Source of the DNA: Candidatus Doudnabacteria bacterium
GTDB taxonomy: Bacteria; Patescibacteriota; Doudnabacteria; UBA920; O2-02-FULL-48-8
Reading direction: 5' to 3'
Assembly: GCA_039931165.1 (NCBI GenBank)
Contig: JBDTSL010000003.1
Span: forward strand, 10,349 to 74,348
DNA length: 64,000 nt
Positions within the stretch are counted from its first letter, which is position 1. Every line of letters starts with the position of its first letter. Positions 37,694 to 45,129 of this stretch are shown here, piece by piece. Position numbers and translations under genes: made by a program. The notes beneath the pieces are model-generated. The model made no database searches. It saw nothing but the letters and a program-made list of their open reading frames with translations, and was not told the DNA's origin.

Positions 37694-37939
37694 ATGCTTG
37701 AACAAATCAATGAGCCAATCGATGTGATTGTCAGGTTTGCGGGAAACAAGGCAATTCCGGCGAAGTTTCTTTGGCATGACAGGGAAATTCTGATCCAAAA
37801 GATCAATTTGGTTTACAGCAGTTTTGTGGGTCGCACCAAATTCTACTACTTTGCGGTATCGGACAGCGTGAATTATTTTAAGCTCCAGTTTAATACTGAA
37901 ACGTTGGGTTGGACCTTGTTGGAAGTTTATAGTGAGTAG
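37694..37939 (+). CDS. Hypothetical small protein
   Basis: 81-aa ORF with an AGGCGG RBS-like sequence upstream. Confidence 0.3.
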   Translation: MLEQINEPIDVIVRFAGNKAIPAKFLWHDREILIQKINLVYSSFVGRTKFYYFAVSDSVNYFKLQFNTETLGWTLLEVYSE

Positions 37940-37954
37940 AAAATTTTAAAGCTT

Positions 37955-39172
37955 ATGAAAAAACTACAAACTCTTCCCCGAATCATGCTGGTGGACATGA
38001 ACTCGTTTTTCGCAAGCGTGGAACAGCAGGCTAATCCGGCCTTGCGAGGGAAACCCCTGGGCATATCCAACAGCCGCCTGGAGGCATCGTGTTTGATCGG
38101 CACCTCGAAAGAAGCCAAGGCGCTGGGCATTAAAAACGGCACTCCTCTTTATAAAGCCCGCCAACTCTGCCCGAAAATCCTGGTGGTGGAATCCGAACCC
38201 GAAAAATACCGGGAAGTTAACCGCCGGATCAACAGGATTTTTGGGGATTATACCGAGGTTTTGGAAGCTTACAGCGTTGACGAATCGTTTTTGGATCTGC
38301 GTATGTCGAAACTCAATCCATTGCTGATCGGCTCACAGATCAAAAAAAGGATCAGGCAGGAGGTCGGGGAGTGGCTGACTTGCTCGGTGGGCATCGCCGA
38401 AAATAAATTTATGGCCAAGCTGGCCGCTAGTATGGAAAAACCGGACGGCCTTTCGGTGCTTTGGCGCGAACATTTGCCCGAGGTTTATAAAAATAAAAAG
38501 CTGACCGATCTATGGGGGATCAGTCACGGCTGGAAGAACCGTCTGGAAAAACTGGGCATTACCAATCCCGGCCAATTGTTGGGCTATCCGGTTGCCAATC
38601 TGATCGCATTGTTCGGCAAGCCAGGATATTTTATTTGGCAGCGCGTGAATGGGTTAGAAACCGATTCCTTACATTCCTCATTGAGAACTTCCTGGGTAGC
38701 ATCCGAGGAACCCAAATCATTCGGTCATTCATGGGTTTTAAATTTCCGCACTACGGACAGGGAGCGGCTGAAAACGGCGGTCTTGAGGCTGGCTGAGAAA
38801 GCGTCCCGCAGAATGCGCGCCGCGGGATTTGTGGCAAACGGCATGTATTTGTCCGTGGCTTTGGTGGATGGCAATTATTTGCACCGGTCGAAAAAACTGA
38901 AATATAGGATCGAAACCGGCCTGGAGCTGTACCGGGAAGCTTTGGATATCTGGAAGCCGTGGCAGTTCGAACAGGATGTCATGCATATCGCCGTCGGGTT
39001 TACTTACTTATCGGTCAAAACCTGCCAGCTGGCATTATGGCCGGATAAATTTTCCACACTGACCGCAACTTTGGATCGGCTTAACGATAAATACGGGGAA
39101 TTCACGGTCCGCTCCGGCTTGCTGACGGATACCAGGAGCTTTGCTCCCGACGCGATCGCGTTCGGCAAGTGA
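37955..39172 (+). CDS. dinB: DNA polymerase IV (Y-family)
   Basis: 'MLVDMNSFFASVEQ' and 'SVDESFLDL'. 405 aa. Confidence 0.9.
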   Translation: MKKLQTLPRIMLVDMNSFFASVEQQANPALRGKPLGISNSRLEASCLIGTSKEAKALGIKNGTPLYKARQLCPKILVVESEPEKYREVNRRINRIFGDYTEVLEAYSVDESFLDLRMSKLNPLLIGSQIKKRIRQEVGEWLTCSVGIAENKFMAKLAASMEKPDGLSVLWREHLPEVYKNKKLTDLWGISHGWKNRLEKLGITNPGQLLGYPVANLIALFGKPGYFIWQRVNGLETDSLHSSLRTSWVASEEPKSFGHSWVLNFRTTDRERLKTAVLRLAEKASRRMRAAGFVANGMYLSVALVDGNYLHRSKKLKYRIETGLELYREALDIWKPWQFEQDVMHIAVGFTYLSVKTCQLALWPDKFSTLTATLDRLNDKYGEFTVRSGLLTDTRSFAPDAIAFGK

Positions 39173-39181
39173 GGCTAACTA

Positions 39182-39210
39182 TTGACAAAATTACCAAAAA
39201 GGAGTACAAT
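39182..39210 (+). promoter_or_regulatory. Consensus sigma70 promoter for the GC-rich orphan gene
   Basis: TTGACA, then 17 nt, then TACAAT. RBS AGGAGG 7 nt before the ATG at 39291. Confidence 0.6.
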
Positions 39211-39290
39211 TACTTGTTAATATTGGCATAGCTTAAAATTTTGCAATCCCGCAGGATATAAAGCAAAGCCACTGGCAAGGAGGATAGATA

Positions 39291-39857
39291 ATGGCTACTT
39301 CAGCGGCAGTTCAGGGAGCAGGGCTACTGACGGCGGTATGGAAGAAGATCGAAAAAGCCGTATACGCGGCTGGCGGTACGGATGAGCACATCGCTCGTCT
39401 GGACAAGTCCGAAGCGATCGCGGTCATCGAAAGGTTCGCGGCCGATCTCGTGGCCACGATCCACGTAGCGATCGACTCATTGTTCCGCGAAATTATAAGC
39501 GACGGCAAATACGATTACCTCTACGGCTTCGCGGAGAAGCCAGGCGAGATCGAGGGGCAAACGTTCCACACGGTGACGAGAGAAACTATCCTCGAGCACC
39601 CGGCCGTTATTCTCACCACTACAGAGGTGTATGAGAAGTGCGGCGACAAAATGGCCGACCTCTCGGAACTTCTGGATTATGGGAAAAAAAACCCCGAAAC
39701 CCAGCGTAAGTTCCCGATCGCGATAGTATGGAAAGTCGGCGATCAGAGCTGGTTTGCGATCCTCGACGGTAACGAATTGTACCGCGAGCTGGTCATCAGC
39801 CGGGATCGTCCCGATTTCCAATGGAGCGTCCGCTATCGCTTCCTCGTGCGTAAGTAG
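39291..39857 (+). CDS. Hypothetical protein, GC-rich orphan
   Basis: 188 aa with no recognisable motif. GC content well above the neighbours, followed by ~560 bp non-coding sequence. Confidence 0.5.
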   Translation: MATSAAVQGAGLLTAVWKKIEKAVYAAGGTDEHIARLDKSEAIAVIERFAADLVATIHVAIDSLFREIISDGKYDYLYGFAEKPGEIEGQTFHTVTRETILEHPAVILTTTEVYEKCGDKMADLSELLDYGKKNPETQRKFPIAIVWKVGDQSWFAILDGNELYRELVISRDRPDFQWSVRYRFLVRK

Positions 39858-40416
39858 CATTTGGGACCTTGGATTCTTGAACCTTTTTGGTTCTCGATCC
39901 TTGGTCCCTTTTGATTTGTGTTAATGTGGGAAGGATAGTACACGAACCAAGCCAGAATGGCCGTCGATGCATTTCGGCGAACGTACCGATGTAAAGCTTA
40001 ATATACGTCCGGCCAGCCCGACATGAACATTGTCGTTCTGGCGGGTACGGGCGGGGAACCTGGTAAATCTAAAATAAAAAGATTAGGCGAGAGAACCTAA
40101 TCTTTTTATATGTGTCGAAAGCCAGACTTGGAAAATTACGATTTTGGCAACTCCATGTCAGAGCTTTCAATTTGGTATTCCCTGTCCAGAACAAATCTTC
40201 GGTGGTTAAGCCTAATGATTGTGTTCCAGGCCGGAAATAAGCGAATGTAAAGAAGCGGTCTTTGTGTTTCAGTTGGTCGGGAGCAGAACTTGGCAGAAAT
40301 CAAAACCATCCTTCATATGTTAGGATCGTTTTGTTTATCTGACTTGATGCCCTTTTGCCATGTTGTCTTTTTTGTTTCTGCTGGAGTACTTACTCTATAG
40401 ACATTATAGCAGAAAA

Positions 40417-41133
40417 TTATGAGCTTGTAAAGGGGATTATCATACTTTTAAAGTTTTTGGGTATTTTTGAAAAGATTTTGGATTTGGTGCCAACCAAAAT
40501 CATGTCTTCGATCCGCACGCCGAATTTGTCCGGCAGGTAAATTCCGGGTTCCACGGTCACGATATCATTTCTTGCCAGAACGTCGCCAGAGTTGGGCTTG
40601 AAGTTCGGAGCTTCGTGGATTTTGTTGCCGACGCCGTGGCCGGTGCCGTGAACGTAAAATTTTCCGTAGCCTGCCCGGTTGATAATGTGCCGGGCGGTGA
40701 AATCAATCGTGTCTCCGGACTTGCCCGCGGCAATTTGCCTGATCGCCGAAAGCTGTGCTTTTAAAACAATGTTATAGATCTTTTCTTGAAATTTATTCGG
40801 TTTGCCCAAAAATATAGTTCGCGTGAAGTCGGAACAAAAGCCCCGGACCTTGACGCCATAGTCGAGCATCAGAAAATTATTTTTGCCGATGGTTCTGTTC
40901 GAAGGGGAGTGGTGGATCTCCACGGCATTTTTTCCAAACGAAACAATCGGCGGAAAGGCCATGCTCTTTGCTCCCAATTTTTTTGCTGTTCGTTTTATGA
41001 AATCGGCGATCTTAATTTCGGTCAAGCGAGTCGATTTGCTTTTCAACAGTTCGACTATCTCTAAGAAAATTTGATCGATAATTAAAGAGCCACGTTTAAT
41101 GGCTCTTATTTTTTGTGAAATGGAATTACTCAT
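40417..41133 (-). CDS. M24-family metallopeptidase (aminopeptidase P / Map-like catalytic domain only)
   Basis: 'SFGKNAVEIHHSP', 'LMLDYGVKVRGFCSDFTRT', 'HGTGHGVGNKIHEAP' and 'VTVEPGIY'. Confidence 0.7.
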   Translation of the reverse strand: MSNSISQKIRAIKRGSLIIDQIFLEIVELLKSKSTRLTEIKIADFIKRTAKKLGAKSMAFPPIVSFGKNAVEIHHSPSNRTIGKNNFLMLDYGVKVRGFCSDFTRTIFLGKPNKFQEKIYNIVLKAQLSAIRQIAAGKSGDTIDFTARHIINRAGYGKFYVHGTGHGVGNKIHEAPNFKPNSGDVLARNDIVTVEPGIYLPDKFGVRIEDMILVGTKSKIFSKIPKNFKSMIIPFTSS

Positions 41134-41138
41134 GGATT

Positions 41139-41253
41139 AGATTGCTTCGTCGCCGCCAAGATTAAGCCTAGGTTATTAAAGCGGCTCCTCGCAAATGCGC
41201 CTCTGCGAGTGACTGCCATATTAGAAGGGATTATTCTGGGCAGTCGCGTGGCA
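41139..41253 (+). repeat. Family-A repeat, long intergenic copy with extra inverted repeats
   Basis: AGATTGCTTCGTCGCCGCCAAGATTAAG...AAAGCGGCTCCTCGCAAATGCG, then CTCTGCGAG...GACTGCC...GGCAGTCGCGTGGCAGTCTATTTC. Confidence 0.7.
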
Positions 41254-41255
41254 GT

Positions 41256-41600
41256 CTATTTCATTGACGTTACTACCGCCTCAAAGGCTTTGGGATTGCG
41301 CACCGCCAGTTCCGCCAACATTTTTTTATTCAGGCCGACATTGTTTTTATGCAGCAATGCCTGCAGTCTGCTGTAGCTTAATCCTTGCTCGCGTGAAGCG
41401 GCATTGATGCGGATGGTCCAAAGTTTTTTCATGTCGCGCTTGCGCAGCCTGCGGTGGCCGTAAGCATAGGAGTCGGCGTGCAGCAGGGCTTCTTTGGCCG
41501 CGATCGCATTTGTGCGCCGGCGGTTGGTAAACCCTTTTGTTCTTTTTAAAACATATTTTCGGCGTTTGTGCGCGGCAACTCCGCGTTTAACTCTTGTCAT
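41256..41600 (-). CDS. rplT: 50S ribosomal protein L20
   Basis: 'MTRVKRGVAAHKRRKYVLKRTKGF...SYAYGHRRLRKRDMKKLWI'. Confidence 0.95.
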   Translation of the reverse strand: MTRVKRGVAAHKRRKYVLKRTKGFTNRRRTNAIAAKEALLHADSYAYGHRRLRKRDMKKLWTIRINAASREQGLSYSRLQALLHKNNVGLNKKMLAELAVRNPKAFEAVVTSMK

Positions 41601-41663
41601 AGTCGTGTAGCGTGTAGCGTGTAGCGTGCAACGTTATACGTTACAAATCACACGTTACACGAT

Positions 41664-41855
41664 TTATCCTCTCATTAATAATGCTAGTTTAAGATTCGTT
41701 TTGTGCACAGTCAGGTCCCGGCGCTTGTTTTTCGTGGTTTTGCCCGATTCGCGGGAATTAAAATGCGCCTGGCCTGATTTTCGGCTCATTAGTTTTCCGG
41801 ATCCGGTTTTCCAGAAAGTCTTCGCTACTCTCTTGTTGGTCTTCTGTTTGGGCAT
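41664..41855 (-). CDS. rpmI: 50S ribosomal protein L35
   Basis: 'MPKQKTNKRVAKTFWKTGSGKL'. Confidence 0.9.
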   Translation of the reverse strand: MPKQKTNKRVAKTFWKTGSGKLMSRKSGQAHFNSRESGKTTKNKRRDLTVHKTNLKLALLMRG

Positions 41856-41872
41856 ATCTTCGTAATCAGTAG

Positions 41873-42460
41873 TTAATTCTTTGTTATTGGTCCAATTATT
41901 ATAGATACCGTATTGCCCATTCTGGTGGGGCCTGCTTCTTTATTGAAGGGGATTGTGACTAAAGTTTGGAATTTTCTGATAAGATCGAAAGCCAATTCCG
42001 GATGAGCTTGTTCTCTGCCGCGCATGACCACGTCTACCTTTACTTTGTTCCCCGCGGTCAAGAATTCTCCTGTCCGCTTGGCTTTGAAATCTAGGTCATG
42101 CACCCCGATGCGGACTGAGAGACGAATGCCTTTCATTGTCACCTTCTTTACCTTTTTTTTGGCTTCCTGGGCGGCTTTTTCCTGCTGGTAGCGGTATTTG
42201 TCGTAGTTGAGGAGTTTAACCACGGGTGGACGGGCTTGCGGAGAGATTTCGACAAGATCAACTTCCTGTTCCCGCGCCAAAGCCAGCGCATCTTCGATTT
42301 TCATAATGCCGACCATTTTGCCGGCCGCATCGATGACCCGGACTTCCGGGCCCCGTATTTGGTTGTTGATCCGTGTTCTGAGTGCTATTTGTGTATTTTT
42401 AATTAAATCAAGTAAATTATAGGGATTTTCACTCTTACGGTCAATATGGCCACGAACCAC
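41873..42460 (-). CDS. infC: Translation initiation factor IF-3 (start codon uncertain: GTG at 42460, or an internal AUU as in other bacteria)
   Basis: 'RINNQIRGPEVRVID...EVDLVEISPQARPPVVKLLNYDKYRY'. Confidence 0.85.
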   Translation of the reverse strand: MVRGHIDRKSENPYNLLDLIKNTQIALRTRINNQIRGPEVRVIDAAGKMVGIMKIEDALALAREQEVDLVEISPQARPPVVKLLNYDKYRYQQEKAAQEAKKKVKKVTMKGIRLSVRIGVHDLDFKAKRTGEFLTAGNKVKVDVVMRGREQAHPELAFDLIRKFQTLVTIPFNKEAGPTRMGNTVSIIIGPITKN

Positions 42461-42548
42461 TCACTAATCGTTCGGGTTCATGGCATAAACTATTCGCAAG
42501 TTTTGGCTGTGCCATAAACTTGAGCGAACGAAGTTCGCGAATAGTTTA

Positions 42549-42932
42549 TGGTGGAGCTGGGGAGAATTGCACTCCCGTCCAAGAGATTTCAATAAATATT
42601 TCTACAAGTTTAGACCGCTTGAATTGTTACCCAAAACCATAGAAGCGGACTAAAGCGGTTTTGGCTAAGCCCTTAGTGTCCTTTGTCAGTCGGGCGTCAG
42701 ACAAAGTGAGTCCGAATAATATAACACCCGTATTCCACGCACAGACTTTGCGGAGCGGATGGGTTATCGCTTATTAAGCAACAGCCATAGCCGGAGAGAA
42801 CGCAAAAGCATTCTTTACGGTTTTTACCAATGAATTGGCATTTATGATTTGCCTTATCTTTTTAACCGAGAGATTAGGCTAATCGGACTTGCAATATTTA
42901 TCAAAGAACTCTTGTCGAATCTGAGCAGCCCC
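42549..42932 (-). ncRNA. ssrA: tmRNA (ssrA), 384 nt, immediately downstream of smpB
   Basis: 5' end GGGGCUGCUCAGAUUCGACAAG. 3' end GGACGGGAGUGCAAUUCUCCCCAGCUCCACCA. The acceptor stem has the G3-U70 Ala identity pair. An internal tag-like ORF reads ...AFAFSPAMAVA followed by TAA TAA. Confidence 0.85.
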
Positions 42933-42993
42933 ACATTTCCCTTGTTTTTAGGGTCAGTTTAGTTTATCAAAAAAAGAGTTGTTTAGCAAGCCC

Positions 42994-43443
42994 TTATACC
43001 CTGGTTCGAATCGTCCTGTCGACATTGCGTTTCATCTCTTTTTTCTTGATCGATTCCCGTTTATCGTATTGTTTTTTGCCTTTTGCCAGGCCGATTTTGA
43101 GCTTGATCAATCCTTTTTTGGTATAAAGCTCCAGAGGGACCAGGGTCAGGCCTTTTTCTTTGGTTCTTATCTGCAGGCGTTCGATCTCTTTTCTGTGGAG
43201 CAAGAGTTTTCGTTCCCGGCTTTCGTCGTGACTCTCCAGATTGGACGCTTGTTTGTACTTGCCGATATAGGCATTGCGCAAGAATCCTTCTCCGGCACGG
43301 ATCGTGACATAAGCTCCGGCCAACGACGCCTGGCCGGTTTTGGCGCTTTTGACTTCATGTCCGGCCAAGACCAAACCCGCCTCTACCGTGGATTCAATAG
43401 AGTAATCGTGAAAAGCTTTTCGGTTGTTAGCAAGCGTTGTCAT
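42994..43443 (-). CDS. smpB: SsrA-binding protein
   Basis: 'AFHDYSIESTVEAGLVLAGHEVKS...KLLLHRKEI' and a basic C-terminal tail. Confidence 0.9.
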   Translation of the reverse strand: MTTLANNRKAFHDYSIESTVEAGLVLAGHEVKSAKTGQASLAGAYVTIRAGEGFLRNAYIGKYKQASNLESHDESRERKLLLHRKEIERLQIRTKEKGLTLVPLELYTKKGLIKLKIGLAKGKKQYDKRESIKKKEMKRNVDRTIRTRV

Positions 43444-43466
43444 ATCCTTAGTTTATCAGATATAAT

Positions 43467-45110
43467 GTGCTTATGTTAATGAGAGAAAAGATAGCCCAAC
43501 AAGTGCTTGCCGCAGTCGGGAGTTTAGGCATAAAACCAACTGATGAGCAGAAAGCAAAAATCACAGTCACATATCCGGATTTCAAGCTTGGAGATTATTC
43601 GTCCAACGCCGCTTTGATTTTGTCCAGAGAAGCCAAGCTGAAGCCCTTGGATTTAGCCAATAAAATAGTCGGGAAATTGGATAAGGGCATGTTCGAAAAA
43701 GCTGACGCAGTGGCACCCGGCTTTATTAATTTTAAACTTATACTACCCGAACTACAATCTACAACCTATAACCTACAACCTAAAACCGAGGGCAAGATAC
43801 TGCTCGAATATTTTCAGCCGAACATCGCCAAGCCGCTTCATATCGGCCACCTGGAAACCGCCATAATCGGCGACACGATAAAAAGACAGCTTCTGTATAT
43901 GGGCAAAACAGTTGAATCCGACACCCACATGGGTGATTGGGGCACGCAGTTTGGTTATTTGATCTTGGCGTATAAAAAATTCGGGGAAGTGAATGATAAA
44001 TTATACGCTCAGCTCAATGCCGATGATTCGCAAAAAGAAGCGGCTAAGCATGAGTTTGTCAAACTCGAACAAGGTGATGTTGAAAATCGGAAGATTTGGC
44101 AGCAACTGGTTGAAGCCAGCATGAAAGAATTCCTCAAGATCAACGATCTGATGGATATCTTGCGGTTTGAGCATCATTGGCCTGAAAGTTTTTATGAAGA
44201 CAAGATGCCGGTTGTTTTGGAGGACCTTAAGCAAAAGAAATTATTGGTGGAATCGCAAGGCGCGCAGATTGTGGATCTTGAACAAGAAAAACTAGGGGTC
44301 GCGATTATCGTTAAGTCTGACGGCGGCACAACTTATCTGCTTCGGGATCTGGCAACATTTTTGTTTGTTAAAAAAGAGGGATTTACGAAACATTTGTATG
44401 TCGTTGATAACCGGCAGAGCTTGCACTATAAACAACTTTTTTCGATTTTGAAATCTATGGGCAAGTTCGAAGAGAATGAAGGGATACATATTGATTATGG
44501 ATTTATCAGCTTTAAGGGTCAGGCTCTGTCTACGCGAAAGGGCAACATGGTTTTGGCCCAGGATGTGATCGCCCAGGCAGAAGAAAAAGTGTCGAAGATA
44601 ATCGCGGAAAAAAATCCGGATCTGAAAAACAAACAAGAAGTGATCAAGGCCGTGACTAAAGGAGCCTTGAAATATTTTATTCTCAAGCATAACCGCCACA
44701 GCGACATTGAATTTGACTGGAACGAGGTCCTGGATTTTGAAGGAGACAGCGGTCCGTACCTCCAGTATGCCTACGCGAGAATGGCCAGTATTTTGCGCAA
44801 GGCTGGGAATCTGGAATCTGGAATCTGGAATTTAGAATCAATCACTCCCACTGAAAGGCAAATACTTTTCCAGTCATCAATTTTGTCAGAGATTGTTTCC
44901 GACGCCACCAAAGATTATCTGCCGAATATCCTGGCCAATTATTTGTACGGTTTTGCAAAACTTCTGAATAAGTTTTACCACGAAAGTCCGGTGACCCAGG
45001 AAAAGGACGAAAAAGTCCGAAATTTCCGGTTGGCCTTGGTTTCAAACGCCAAAGCCACGCTGGGAAAAGGCTTGGATCTTTTGGGAATTAAAGCTTTGGA
45101 AGAAATGTAA
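43467..45110 (+). CDS. argS: Arginine--tRNA ligase
   Basis: 'KPLHIGHLETAIIGD' HIGH motif and a DALR-type C-terminus. Contains an in-frame heptamer-repeat segment 'TTYNLQP' (43751-43787). Confidence 0.9.
   Translation: MLMLMREKIAQQVLAAVGSLGIKPTDEQKAKITVTYPDFKLGDYSSNAALILSREAKLKPLDLANKIVGKLDKGMFEKADAVAPGFINFKLILPELQSTTYNLQPKTEGKILLEYFQPNIAKPLHIGHLETAIIGDTIKRQLLYMGKTVESDTHMGDWGTQFGYLILAYKKFGEVNDKLYAQLNADDSQKEAAKHEFVKLEQGDVENRKIWQQLVEASMKEFLKINDLMDILRFEHHWPESFYEDKMPVVLEDLKQKKLLVESQGAQIVDLEQEKLGVAIIVKSDGGTTYLLRDLATFLFVKKEGFTKHLYVVDNRQSLHYKQLFSILKSMGKFEENEGIHIDYGFISFKGQALSTRKGNMVLAQDVIAQAEEKVSKIIAEKNPDLKNKQEVIKAVTKGALKYFILKHNRHSDIEFDWNEVLDFEGDSGPYLQYAYARMASILRKAGNLESGIWNLESITPTERQILFQSSILSEIVSDATKDYLPNILANYLYGFAKLLNKFYHESPVTQEKDEKVRNFRLALVSNAKATLGKGLDLLGIKALEEM
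43751..43787. repeat. (ACAACCT)n heptamer repeat, family B, coding copy inside argS
   Basis: ACTACAATCTACAACCTATAACCTACAACCTAAAACC is the reverse complement of the intergenic copies at 52696-52777 and 63152-63196. Confidence 0.7.
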
Positions 45111-45129
45111 CTAAATCGTATCGACAAAT

